From the NCBI GenBank assembly GCA_028687435.1, contig JAQUAF010000004.1, positions 66,344 through 130,343 of the forward strand: a DNA stretch of 64,000 nt, read 5' to 3'. A model generated the notes under the pieces. The model had not been told where the DNA came from. It saw only the letters and a list, made by a program, of their open reading frames with translations, and ran no database searches. Position 1 is the first letter of the stretch. Each line of letters opens with the position of its first letter. The DNA is from Verrucomicrobiia bacterium (lineage in GTDB: Bacteria > Verrucomicrobiota > Verrucomicrobiia > JABWAM01). The translations under genes were made by a program, and so were the position numbers. Positions 1-9,164 of this stretch are shown in pieces.

Positions 1-556
1 GCGCCCCGTAAAGCCGCACGATCCGCTTTTTCCCCTTCGGCAGATGATCCGCCAGATATTTCGCCTGCAACTCGCCCACTTTGATGTTGTCAAAACTCAG
101 ATAGAGATCCAGATCGCAATTCAGGATCAACCGGTCATAAGCAATGACGGGAATGCCCGCTTCCACCGCAAGACGAACCCCCTCGGCCATGGCGGTGCCA
201 TCGTGCGGAACGATCACCAGCACATCCACCTTGTTCGCAAGCAACGACTTCACATCCTGAATCTGGCGGGTGTCGTCGCTGTTGGCCGATTGCACCAGCA
301 CCTTGGCGCCCAATGCCTCCGCACGCGCCACAAACAAATCGCGATCGCTCTGCCATCGGGCCTCCTTGAGGGTGTCCATCGACAACCCCACCACCACCTT
401 GTCGACGGTTCCAAACGCCCTGCCGCCTCCATCCCCATGCCGTCCGCTGACCGCCAGCCCGATGACCACGCTCAGAACAAGGGAAACCGTCACCAAAAAA
501 AACTGGGGGTTCTTCCAGAAAGACCTGGACCTCTCAGAATCAATGTTCTGTGACAT
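1..556 (-). CDS. Sugar ABC transporter periplasmic substrate-binding protein (XylF/RbsB-like). N-terminus and signal peptide are present; the C-terminus runs off the window.
   Basis: Own translation of the reverse strand from the ATG at 554-556 gives MSQNIDSERSRSFWKNPQFFLVTVSLVLSVVIGLAVSGRHGDGGGRAFGTVDKVVVGLSMDTLKEARWQSDRDLFVARAEALGAKVLVQSANSDDTRQIQDVKSLLANKVDVLVIVPHDGTAMAEGVRLAVEAGIPVIAYDRLI. This matches the periplasmic-binding-protein type I sugar-binding fold. It is absent from the ORF track because it is truncated by the window edge. Confidence 0.7.
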   Translation of the reverse strand, partial: MSQNIDSERSRSFWKNPQFFLVTVSLVLSVVIGLAVSGRHGDGGGRAFGTVDKVVVGLSMDTLKEARWQSDRDLFVARAEALGAKVLVQSANSDDTRQIQDVKSLLANKVDVLVIVPHDGTAMAEGVRLAVEAGIPVIAYDRLILNCDLDLYLSFDNIKVGELQAKYLADHLPKGKKRIVRLYGA

Positions 557-623
557 GTCCGGATGCTGCCCAAAATCGCGGCAAACAACAACGACAAATT
601 AAGCCGCGCCATGGAGGGAAAAC

Positions 624-790
624 TGCTCGATCCGCCTTCGCCCAAGCGCTTCGGCGAGACAAGCGCTCGACGCAGAAAACCGGAAAGGCGGTGCAGGAGC
701 CCCGCCTGCGTGGCCAAAGCCACTACGGCGCGGCGACGGCCCGCCCTCCATTCATTTTGCGACAAAAGGAGGGCGGGGCTCCTGCACCGC
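624..790. repeat. Family-B module (624-676) followed by a family-A hairpin repeat whose left arm carries a 35-bp insertion (682-790)
   Basis: CTGCTCGATCCGCCTTCGCCCAAGCGCTTCGGCGAGACAAGCGCTCGACGCAG; then GGCGGTGCAGGAGCCCCGCC[TGCGTGGCCAAAGCCACTACGGCGCGGCGACGGCC]CGCCCTCC..GGAGGGCGGGGCTCCTGCACCGC. Confidence 0.8.
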
Positions 791-839
791 TTATCTTCAG
801 ATGAAAAGTTAACGGCATTGGGCGGACGCCGATTCCGCT

Positions 840-1943
840 CTATTTCGCCTTGGAGGCGGCTTGGGCGGCCTCGGCTTCGGGCTGCGCCTCGCGTTTGGCC
901 TTGATTGCGGCCACGATCTTGTTCGCCACAGCCGGGTTTTCCTTGAGAAACACCCGTGCGGCTTCGCGGCCCTGGCCAATCATGTCGCTGCCAAAGGCCA
1001 GCCATGCGCCTTTTTTGGACACCACTTCAAGCTCGGTTGCGACGTCAAGGATGGATCCTTCCGCGGAAATTCCCTCGTTGTAAAGAATGTCAAATTCCGC
1101 CTCGGTAAAAGGAGGCGCCACCTTGTTTTTGACCACTTTCACCTTCACATGATTGCCAATAACGGTCCCCATGGCATCCTTGATCTGATCCTTGCGGCGG
1201 ATATCCAATCTCACGGAAGCATAAAATTTAAGGGCCCGTCCGCCCGGCTGGGTTTCGGGACTGCCAAACATGACGCCGATTTTTTCACGAATCTGGTTGG
1301 TGAAAAGCAGACAGGTCTTGGCCTTGTGCAACGCGCCGGTCAGCTTGCGCATGGCTTGGGACATCAACCGGGCCTGGGCGCCCACCGTGGCATCGCCCAT
1401 CTGTCCCTCAAGCTCCGCACGCGGAGTCAATGCGGCCACCGAATCCACCACAATGACATCAAGCGCATTGGAACGAATCAGCGTCTCGGCAATGGTCAGC
1501 GCCTCTTCCCCGGATCCAGGCTGGGAAAAGAGCAGATCCTTCATGTTCACCCCGATCCGGCGGGCATAAGCCACGTCAAGGGCATGCTCGGCATCAATAA
1601 AAGCGGCCAGACCGCCGCCCAACTGGGCATTCTTGATAATGTGCAGCATCAGCGTGGTTTTACCGGAGGATTCCGGCCCGAAAATCTCGACGATCCGGCC
1701 CCGCGGCACGCCGTTGACGCCAAGAGCCGTGTCCAGAGCCAGCGACCCGGTGGAAATCACCTGGATGGGCACCTTGGAATGTTCGTCGCCAAGACGCATG
1801 ATGGCGCCGTCTCCAAATTGTTTGGTGATGGATTGCAACGCCTGATCAAGCTCGCGCTGGCGGGCTGTCTGGGCCTTGCTGTTCTCGTCGGTTGTTTTTT
1901 CGGCAGTGGCTTTGGCCATGGTCTTCTCCTGGTTGCGCCGCAT
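840..1943 (-). CDS. recA: Recombinase RecA
   Basis: 367 aa. Contains [30 protein letters not shown] (Walker A) and a RecA-wide match. The start could alternatively be the internal ATG at 1919 (MAKATAEK). Confidence 0.95.
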   Translation of the reverse strand: MRRNQEKTMAKATAEKTTDENSKAQTARQRELDQALQSITKQFGDGAIMRLGDEHSKVPIQVISTGSLALDTALGVNGVPRGRIVEIFGPESSGKTTLMLHIIKNAQLGGGLAAFIDAEHALDVAYARRIGVNMKDLLFSQPGSGEEALTIAETLIRSNALDVIVVDSVAALTPRAELEGQMGDATVGAQARLMSQAMRKLTGALHKAKTCLLFTNQIREKIGVMFGSPETQPGGRALKFYASVRLDIRRKDQIKDAMGTVIGNHVKVKVVKNKVAPPFTEAEFDILYNEGISAEGSILDVATELEVVSKKGAWLAFGSDMIGQGREAARVFLKENPAVANKIVAAIKAKREAQPEAEAAQAASKAK

Positions 1944-2182
1944 TTTTCACCAGTGAAATATGCGGCAAAATTATAGTGGCTCAGGTCAGGCTGTTTGCCC
2001 GGCAAACTTCGCTGCCGCGCAGCCGCACCAACAGAAAGCTGAAAGTTTCCCTTCAGCCTTCAGTCTTCCCGCCTTCGTCCCGACACAGCGGGACCGCAGC
2101 GGGGCAGGCATCTTAAACAACTTTTCCTTAAGTCTCCTATGGGATGTTTGCATTGCCCGTCCAGTGTTTGGGCAAAAAAACA

Positions 2183-2794
2183 TCAAAAATACTTGAGAAC
2201 GTCCTTCAACACCTGAATGGGAGTGGTGGTGCCGTCAATGTCAACCCGGACTTTTTGATAAAAGTCGAGCATGGGTCTGGTTTCCTTCTCGTAAACCTCC
2301 AAACGGCGGCGGATGGTATCCTCATTGGCGTCATCCTTGCGTCCCTCGATCAACGCGCGCCTCTTGAGGCGTTGGATCAGGAGTTGGGGATCGGGAGTGA
2401 CCAGGTTGAAAAGCTGCACAGGTTCAATCTTGTCCTCCATCATTTTTGCCTGGGCCACGTTGCGAGGAATGCCGTCGAGAATCAAACGGCCGGCTTGGGG
2501 ATCGAATTTTTTGGCTTGTACCAGCCGTTCCATGTGATCCTGCCACAGGCGCACCGTGAAATCGTCGGGCACCAACAGTCCCTTGGAGGAATACTCGGCA
2601 AAAACCTTTCCCAGTTCGCTCTGTTTGTCGAGCCCCCGGAAAAGATCGCCGGATGAACAATGCAGAAAATTGGGAAGTTGTCCAAGCACTTTGCCTTGAG
2701 TCCCCTTCCCGCAACCGGGAGGGCCGAAAAGAAGAATGGTTTTGTATTTGGTAGCCACGGCGTGAGAGATTACGTCGGGCAGGGTGTAAAGCAA
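2183..2794 (-). CDS. Adenylate kinase family protein (short type, no LID insertion)
   Basis: 203 aa. P-loop LLFGPPGCGKGTQ and overall similarity to Adk/NMP kinases. Lies directly downstream of the cNMP-binding protein on the same strand. Confidence 0.75.
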   Translation of the reverse strand: MLYTLPDVISHAVATKYKTILLFGPPGCGKGTQGKVLGQLPNFLHCSSGDLFRGLDKQSELGKVFAEYSSKGLLVPDDFTVRLWQDHMERLVQAKKFDPQAGRLILDGIPRNVAQAKMMEDKIEPVQLFNLVTPDPQLLIQRLKRRALIEGRKDDANEDTIRRRLEVYEKETRPMLDFYQKVRVDIDGTTTPIQVLKDVLKYF

Positions 2795-2844
2795 GGTGAA
2801 AATCGCGGGAAGGCTTCCATCCAGCAGCGCCTTCCCGCGGTTCC

Positions 2845-4209
2845 TTATCGTCTGGTCGTCACCGTCAAAACCGCCTGGGATTGGACGCCGGCCGGAACCT
2901 CGTCGCAGATGAGTTCAAAGGTGTAGGAGCCTTTGCCCAGCCGGGTTGAACAAAGCTCGATCAAATCCATGTCCGGCGTGACATCCACCTTCCATGGAGC
3001 GATATCGGGATGCCCCACCACATTGACCGTCATCCGCATGGATGAACCAGCCTTCTTTGGAAAGTCCAGACGGCTGATCAAACGCACCGCCTTGGGAACA
3101 TGAATGCGCAGGGAATACACGGCGCCGCGCTTGATCATGACCTTTTCGGTCTGGGCGCTGTTGCTGAAAACAAACCAGTCGCACAACCCTTGGAAGGGCA
3201 ATGACCGGTAGCCGGGCGAGGAAGCGATCGATTCGCGCGTGTCCAGCGACAGGCAGTAAAACAGGGCCAGAATCGTCAACACAGGAAGCGTCAAAAACAC
3301 GGCCACAGGCAGCAGTTTGCTCATCAGGCTCGGGGGACGCATCGCATAGGCGATCGCGGGCGAGATGCGGGCGCGAACCTGGGGCACTCGAACCACCCTG
3401 GGCGCCGCCACAACCGCCTTTGCCGCGGCAGCCGCCGCAACCGCCATCGGCGCGGCCTGCTCATCCACAAATTTCAACCTTACCTTCAACCGCCGCCCGC
3501 TCCCTCCCTGCTCCAGCCATGGAACAATATCCACCTGGTTGGACTCGATCTTTGCGCGGATCAACTCGCGATGTTCCTCGGTAAGCGTGGCGTCAGGCCC
3601 CAATCCAAGGGCTTCGCGCACAAAACGGTCAAAAACCTCGTCCGGTATTTCCATCTCGGCGTGGTCGGCGGACTGCGGAGACTCCATGGCTTTGGCATCC
3701 GATTCGCGCGCCTTGGCGCCGAAATAAGCGCTGAGGGTGGAACTCATTCCCATGAGCCGCGTATTGCCCTCCTGAATGCGCCTGGCCAGCAAAGTGGCCA
3801 CATTCAGGCCGAGACGCACCCCGCCCGGACGGGTTTCCATGAACCGCCGCAACGAATCATGCGGAATGGCCCACGCCACAACTTCGTCGTTGGCCATCAC
3901 GTTCGCCGAGGCCATGGCGGCGGTGAGAAAACTCATCTCCCCAAAACACTGCCCCTCCCCAATGGTCGCCAGCACGCATTTCTTTTTCGTCTCGGGATTG
4001 ACTTTCGACACCTCGAAATTGCCTTTGATGATGTAGAAGAAATAATCGATCGCGCCCGCGTCGGCCACCACCAGTTCGCGGTGGTACTCCATGTAAATCC
4101 CCATGGATTCCAGGTCGGCGATCTGGCCGGAATCCAGTCCGTCCAGCACTCCGCTGGGGGTAAGATGACATTGTTTTGAGGACGCTTGTTCATGAGTAAG
4201 GCTGTTCAT
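2845..4209 (-). CDS. Cyclic-nucleotide-binding domain membrane protein, hypothetical
   Basis: 454 aa. N-terminal cNMP-binding motif (IGEGQCFGEMSFL), an Ala-rich linker, a hydrophobic TM segment (LLPVAVFLTLPVLTILALFY) and a C-terminal beta-rich domain of unknown function. Confidence 0.6.
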   Translation of the reverse strand: MNSLTHEQASSKQCHLTPSGVLDGLDSGQIADLESMGIYMEYHRELVVADAGAIDYFFYIIKGNFEVSKVNPETKKKCVLATIGEGQCFGEMSFLTAAMASANVMANDEVVAWAIPHDSLRRFMETRPGGVRLGLNVATLLARRIQEGNTRLMGMSSTLSAYFGAKARESDAKAMESPQSADHAEMEIPDEVFDRFVREALGLGPDATLTEEHRELIRAKIESNQVDIVPWLEQGGSGRRLKVRLKFVDEQAAPMAVAAAAAAKAVVAAPRVVRVPQVRARISPAIAYAMRPPSLMSKLLPVAVFLTLPVLTILALFYCLSLDTRESIASSPGYRSLPFQGLCDWFVFSNSAQTEKVMIKRGAVYSLRIHVPKAVRLISRLDFPKKAGSSMRMTVNVVGHPDIAPWKVDVTPDMDLIELCSTRLGKGSYTFELICDEVPAGVQSQAVLTVTTRR

Positions 4210-4376
4210 GGGGAATTTTCCGGTTGAATGGTTTTATGACAATACCGGAATACCCTAGGGGTATTCCAAAATCAGGACAATTTTTTTATTCAAGCCCTGG
4301 AACCGCATCCAACCAGCAGATTCATTTTCGCCCAACGCTGCCAACATTTGCCCAATTCGAACCATTCCGTTCTGAT

Positions 4377-4447
4377 GGAAGCGGTGCGGGAGCCCCGCCC
4401 TCCATTGTCGATATGATGGAAAAAGGAGGGCGGGGCTCCCGCACCGC
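4377..4447. repeat. Family-A hairpin repeat (REP/MITE-like), complete copy
   Basis: GCGGTGCGGGAGCCCCGCCCTCC ... GGAGGGCGGGGCTCCCGCACCGC: a perfect 23-bp inverted repeat around a 20-nt loop. It sits in the divergent intergenic region between the cNMP-protein gene and the GntR gene. Confidence 0.85.
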
Positions 4448-4540
4448 TTGTTGTGCAGCCTTCGGAATCCAACTGATTCAATTTGACAATTCACTTGGAC
4501 TAGTCTAATATGTGAATGTTTTGTCAATTGGACTATACCA

Positions 4541-5560
4541 ATGAAACCGCTTTTTCCTTTGGATATCAACATCGACAGAAAGGCACTTTCACCGGCCTGG
4601 GAACAAATTGCGGGACGGATCCGGACCATGATTCGCGAGGGTGACCTTCGGCCCGGAGACCGGTTGCCGACGGACCGGGAGTTGGCCGGAAAACTGGACA
4701 TGGCGCGCGGCACCATCCGGCGCGCTTACGAACAATTGCAACGGGAACAGTTGATTGAGATGACCCAGGGACGGGGAAGTTTTGTCCGGCACCCTGTGTC
4801 GTCACGGCATCCGGGCAAGGACGAACAGGCGGATGTTCTGGTGGAAGACATGATATCCAAACTCGAAATGCTGCGGTTTTCACACGAGGAAATCCGTCAA
4901 CTGCTGGAATCAAAGCTCCATGAACGCGAACAAGTGATGAAACGGCTGGAAATCGCGGTGGTGGATTGCAATCCGGAATCCCTGGCGGCATATGGACGGC
5001 AGTTGAATCTTCCCTCCTGCATCCGGCTCAAACATCACCTGCTGGAAGACCTGAAAGGCGCGTCAAAACCTTGCGCGGCGCTGGGGGACGTTGATTTGGT
5101 GATCACGACCGCCACCCACCATCATGATTTGCAACGAATCATCCCGGAATTGGCCGACCGATTATGCCAGGTGGCACTGGCCCCGACGCCCCGGACGATT
5201 GTGGAACTGGCCTCGCTTTCGGCCGGACAGAACGCGGGCGTTTTCTGCCAAAGCCGGAGATTTCAGGAAATCGTCTGCCGCGCCCTGGCCGAACTGCAGG
5301 TGGCCGGCGCCCCCCACCCCGCCTTGCTGTTCGCGGAAGAAAAAAATCTGGCGGATTTTCTGAGGAACAGGAAGTCATTGATTGTTCCACCAGGATTTGA
5401 CCCGGACTTCTCCCCCAAACGCGCCGGCATCATCCGTGATTTCACCGAAAAAGGGGGGCGTTTGATCTGCTTTGATTATCAGGTCGAAAAAGGATCGCTG
5501 CTTCACATCCAGGAACGCATCAACTCGCTTCTCAACGCCAAGATCTCAAATGAAAACTGA
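4541..5560 (+). CDS. GntR family transcriptional regulator with C-terminal effector domain
   Basis: 339 aa. N-terminal winged HTH ([43 protein letters not shown]). Sits directly upstream of the glutamate mutase operon and overlaps the glmS start. Confidence 0.75.
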   Translation: MKPLFPLDINIDRKALSPAWEQIAGRIRTMIREGDLRPGDRLPTDRELAGKLDMARGTIRRAYEQLQREQLIEMTQGRGSFVRHPVSSRHPGKDEQADVLVEDMISKLEMLRFSHEEIRQLLESKLHEREQVMKRLEIAVVDCNPESLAAYGRQLNLPSCIRLKHHLLEDLKGASKPCAALGDVDLVITTATHHHDLQRIIPELADRLCQVALAPTPRTIVELASLSAGQNAGVFCQSRRFQEIVCRALAELQVAGAPHPALLFAEEKNLADFLRNRKSLIVPPGFDPDFSPKRAGIIRDFTEKGGRLICFDYQVEKGSLLHIQERINSLLNAKISNEN

Positions 5561-6014
5561 GACTCCAAACGATTCATCAACGCCCCCGCCAACCATTGTC
5601 CTGGGAGTCATTGGAGCGGACTGTCATGCGGTGGGCAATCGCATCCTGGAACGCCTGTTCAAAGACGGCGGATTCAAGGTGGTCAATCTGGGCGTGATGG
5701 TTTCACAGGAGGAATTCATTTCGGCCGCCATTGAAACCGGCGCCCGGGCCATCTTGGTTTCGTCGCTTTACGGTCATGGCGAAATGGATTGCCAGGGGTT
5801 TCGAGAAAAATGCTCCGAAGCGGGTTTGGACGAAATTTTGCTTTATATTGGCGGCAACCTGGTGGTGGGAAAGACGGATTTTTCACTGGTGCGGGAAAAA
5901 TTCCTGAAAATGGGTTTTGACCAGGTTTTCCCTCCAGGCGCCGCGCCCGAGGAGGGAATCGCAGCTTTGAAAGAGGATTTGGCGCGGCGCATCGTCGCAA
6001 AGGCCGGCAACTGA
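5550..6014 (+). CDS. glmS: Glutamate mutase sigma (S) subunit, the B12-binding methylaspartate mutase small subunit
   Basis: MKTETP... [67 protein letters not shown] closely matches Clostridium GlmS/MutS, with the DxHxxG B12 motif. The track ORF 5472.. is an N-terminal over-extension; the ATG at 5550 overlaps the GntR stop (5558-5560). Confidence 0.9.
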   Translation: MKTETPNDSSTPPPTIVLGVIGADCHAVGNRILERLFKDGGFKVVNLGVMVSQEEFISAAIETGARAILVSSLYGHGEMDCQGFREKCSEAGLDEILLYIGGNLVVGKTDFSLVREKFLKMGFDQVFPPGAAPEEGIAALKEDLARRIVAKAGN

Positions 6015-6024
6015 CATCCCGATC

Positions 6025-7398
6025 ATGAAATATCTCCTGGCAGACATCGGCAGCACTTTTACCAAGCTATGCCTGGCGGATGTCGAACAGCGAACCGTGC
6101 TGGGGACAACCATCGCGCCAACAACCGTGAAAACGGATGTCAACCAAGGGGTGGAAGCAGCCAGGCAAAAGCTCGGGAAAAAAGCGGAGGATGTCGAAGC
6201 GACCCTGGCTTGCAGCAGCGCCGCCGGAGGATTGCGGATGGTGGCTGTGGGATTGATCCCCAATCTCACCGCCGAGGCGGCCAGACTGGCGGCGCTCGGC
6301 GCTGGAGGAAAGGTGGTGGAAACCTTTTCCTTTTTGCTGACAGAGGCGGATTTGGGAAGGATACGGGCCTTGCGACCGGACATCCTTTTGCTTTCCGGCG
6401 GAACGGACGGCGGAGACGTCAAACACATCCTTCACAATGCCCGGCAAATCCAAAACCATCTGCCCGATGTGCCGCTGATTGTGGCAGGCAACCGTTCCGC
6501 CCATGATGAAATACGCCGAATCCTGGACGGACGGCGGGAAGTCTGGTTTGTCGAAAATGTCATGCCGGATTTCAAGCAACTCCGGCTGGAACCGGCCCGG
6601 GAAGCCATCCGCCGGGTTTTTCTGGAACGGATCGTCGAGGCCAAGGGATTGACGCGATTGTGCGACCGGGCCAGGATTCTGATGCCGACTCCGGAAGCGG
6701 TTTTCAAAGCGGCGGTGTTGTTGTCCAAGGGGATTCCAAACTCGGAAAAAGGGATGGGGGAATTATTGATCGTGGATATTGGCGGGGCGACAACCGATGT
6801 TTATTCCTGCGCCGAGGGTGCCCCCGCCCTGGCCACGGTCCGCCAGCGGGGATTGAGGGAACCTTGCGAAAAAAGAACAGTGGAAGCGGACATCGGCATG
6901 CGTCACACCGCGTCTCATCTTCTGGAAGAACCGGCTCTCAAGGAAATCATCCGGGAAAACGGCGCGGAATGGGAGGAGATGCAAACCTGGACGCAAACGC
7001 TGACCGGCAATCCCGGGCGCCTGCCGCAGAGCGAAAAAGAACAAGCCATGGACACCGCTTTGGCAAGTGCTGCCTGCGAGGTTGCGGTTGGCCGTCATTG
7101 CGGACGATGGGAAGAGGCGTTCTGTCCCGACGGCCGTTTTTATTTTCAGGATGGGAAGGATCTTTCCAATGTCCGCCGGGTGATCGGGAGCGGAGGTCCG
7201 ATTGTCAACAGCAAGACACCCCGGGCGATCCTGGCAGGAGCGAAAAAGAAAGACGGGGAACCGGCGTTGAAACCCCGGGATCCCAACTATTATCTCGACA
7301 CTCAATATCTTCTTTGGGCCATGGGATTGCTGGCGGAAGTGGATCGCGCGGCAGCCTTGGAAATCATGAAAAAAAACATTTTGCCATTGACGAAATAA
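6025..7398 (+). CDS. glmL: Glutamate mutase-associated protein GlmL (MutL-type accessory/reactivase-like, ASKHA fold)
   Basis: 457 aa. MKYLLADIGSTFTKL..TVLGTTIAPTTV parallels Clostridium cochlearium GlmL (MKNALLIDFGSTYTKV..). Position between glmS and glmE is as in the clostridial operon. Confidence 0.8.
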   Translation: MKYLLADIGSTFTKLCLADVEQRTVLGTTIAPTTVKTDVNQGVEAARQKLGKKAEDVEATLACSSAAGGLRMVAVGLIPNLTAEAARLAALGAGGKVVETFSFLLTEADLGRIRALRPDILLLSGGTDGGDVKHILHNARQIQNHLPDVPLIVAGNRSAHDEIRRILDGRREVWFVENVMPDFKQLRLEPAREAIRRVFLERIVEAKGLTRLCDRARILMPTPEAVFKAAVLLSKGIPNSEKGMGELLIVDIGGATTDVYSCAEGAPALATVRQRGLREPCEKRTVEADIGMRHTASHLLEEPALKEIIRENGAEWEEMQTWTQTLTGNPGRLPQSEKEQAMDTALASAACEVAVGRHCGRWEEAFCPDGRFYFQDGKDLSNVRRVIGSGGPIVNSKTPRAILAGAKKKDGEPALKPRDPNYYLDTQYLLWAMGLLAEVDRAAALEIMKKNILPLTK

Positions 7399-7430
7399 AC
7401 CGAACCGCGCGCAGCAATTTGCTTTGGCCA

Positions 7431-7490
7431 CGCAAGCGGGGCTCATGCACCGCTTTGCCCGGCAAACATTGAAATTCCTGAACATTTGAA
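7431..7490. repeat. Family-A repeat, right-half partial copy plus tail
   Basis: AAGCGGGGCTCATGCACCGC followed by the TTTGCCCGGCAAACATTGAAATTCCTGAACAT tail motif. Located inside the operon between glmL and glmE. Confidence 0.7.
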
Positions 7491-7523
7491 CTGGATTCCC
7501 GCAGTTTCGTATTTTTCGAGAGC

Positions 7524-9020
7524 GTGAAAGGCAACAAAACCCCATCCCAAAACAGCAAGGCAACCGTGGAACTTCAAAATAAAAAAATCCCGCTGAATGA
7601 TTTCCTGACCATGCGTCCGGCGGTTCTGGACGTCTGGCCGGCAGGCAGGGAGGCATCGCGTCTGGAAGAGGCCTTTGCCTATCATCAGAACATTCCCGAA
7701 CGCAAGCGGTTCCACCTGTCCCTGCAAAAAGCGGAAAAAACGCAAACCACCCTGGCCCAACCCCGGGCCGGCGTTTGCCTGGTGGATGAACACATCCGGT
7801 TGCTGAATTATTTGCAAAACGAAGGAGAGGCCGATCTTCTGCCCACCACGATCGACAGTTACACGCGGCAGAACCGTTACGACGAAGCCCAGAAAGGAAT
7901 CGAGGAAAGCCGCAAAAACGGACGGTCGTTGTTGAATGGATTCCCGGCAGTCAATCACGGGGTAAAAGCCTGCCGGGCCATCATCGAAGCCTTGGAAAAA
8001 CCCGTGGAAGTGCGCCACGGAACACCGGACGCCCGCTTGCTCAGCGAAATCACGCTGGCGGGCGGTTTCACCTCGCTGGAGGGAGGCGGAATTTCCTACA
8101 ACATCCCCTACTCCAAAAATGTGCCGCTGGAAAAAAGCATTGCGGATTGGCAATACGTGGATCGTCTCGTCGGATTTTATGCCGAAAACGGGGTGATCAT
8201 CAACCGGGAGCCCTTTGGCCCGTTGACCGGCACCCTGGTGCCTCCCTGCATCTCCAATGCGGTGGCAATCATCGAGGGATTGCTGGCGGCGGAACAGGGA
8301 GTGCGGGATATCACGGTGGGTTATGGCCAATGCGGAAACATCTACCAGGATGCCGCGGCCATTGTCTCGCTGCGGCAGTTGTGCCGGCAGTATCTGGAGC
8401 GTTTTGGATATGGGGACGTCTGCCTTTCAACCGTCTTCCACCAGTGGATGGGCGGGTTTCCCATCGAGGAAGCCAAGGCATTCGCGGTGATCGCCTGGGG
8501 AACCACGGCGGCGGCTTTTTCCCGCTCAACCAAGGTGATCACCAAATCGCCCCACGAAGCAATGGGAATTCCAACCGCGGAAGCCAATGTCAACGGCTTG
8601 CGGGCCACCCGTCAAATCCTGAACATGCTTAAATCGCAACAATCCCTGGATTCGGCGCTCATTGAACGGGAGGCTGGGCTGATCACCCGTGAAACAACGG
8701 CTTTGCTGGAAGGAACTCTTCGTCTTGGGGATGGCGATCTGGCGCAGGGAACGGTGAGAGCCTTCCAAGCCGGAGTGCTGGACATCCCTTTTGCCCCCAG
8801 CCGGGCCGCTCATGGATCGGTGGTGCCGGTGCGCGATCTGCACGGGGCGGTTCGTTTTCTGGATTTTGGCGCACTTCCTTTCGATGAGGAAATCAAGACG
8901 TTTCACCGGGAAGTGATCGCCGAACGGGCCAAAACCGAACGGCGGGCCGTGTCCTTCCAAATGGTGACGGACGATATCTATGCCGTCAGCAAAGGCCGGC
9001 TGGTGGGGGCGCCCAAGTGA
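7524..9020 (+). CDS. glmE: Glutamate mutase epsilon (E) subunit, the methylaspartate mutase large subunit
   Basis: 498 aa, GTG start. N-terminal region ([26 protein letters not shown]) and length match GlmE/MutE. Confidence 0.9.
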   Translation: MKGNKTPSQNSKATVELQNKKIPLNDFLTMRPAVLDVWPAGREASRLEEAFAYHQNIPERKRFHLSLQKAEKTQTTLAQPRAGVCLVDEHIRLLNYLQNEGEADLLPTTIDSYTRQNRYDEAQKGIEESRKNGRSLLNGFPAVNHGVKACRAIIEALEKPVEVRHGTPDARLLSEITLAGGFTSLEGGGISYNIPYSKNVPLEKSIADWQYVDRLVGFYAENGVIINREPFGPLTGTLVPPCISNAVAIIEGLLAAEQGVRDITVGYGQCGNIYQDAAAIVSLRQLCRQYLERFGYGDVCLSTVFHQWMGGFPIEEAKAFAVIAWGTTAAAFSRSTKVITKSPHEAMGIPTAEANVNGLRATRQILNMLKSQQSLDSALIEREAGLITRETTALLEGTLRLGDGDLAQGTVRAFQAGVLDIPFAPSRAAHGSVVPVRDLHGAVRFLDFGALPFDEEIKTFHREVIAERAKTERRAVSFQMVTDDIYAVSKGRLVGAPK

Positions 9021-9044
9021 TACACAATGCACGACGCCAAACTT

Positions 9045-9138
9045 GGCAAGGCGGTGCGGGAGCCCCGCCCTCCGTCATTTTCCAATAAATGGAGGGCGGG
9101 GCTCCCGCACCGCTTTTTCCGACAACCTTCAATTTTTC
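9045..9138. repeat. Family-A hairpin repeat, complete copy plus tail
   Basis: GGCAAGGCGGTGCGGGAGCCCCGCCCTCC..GGAGGGCGGGGCTCCCGCACCGCTTTTTCCGACAACCTTCAATTTTTCC, between glmE and mal. ORF 9027.. falsely starts in it. Confidence 0.85.
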
Positions 9139-9164
9139 CAACCACTCAAACGGAGCCACCAACC

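Noticed and set aside
44-553. Plus-strand ORFs 44..553 and 270..602 at the window start
   Set aside because: They are antisense to a clearly recognisable sugar-binding protein encoded on the minus strand (1..556), and are GC-frame artefacts.
861-1976. 371-aa plus-strand ORF opposite recA
   Set aside because: Antisense shadow of recA with a low-complexity G/H/L-rich translation.
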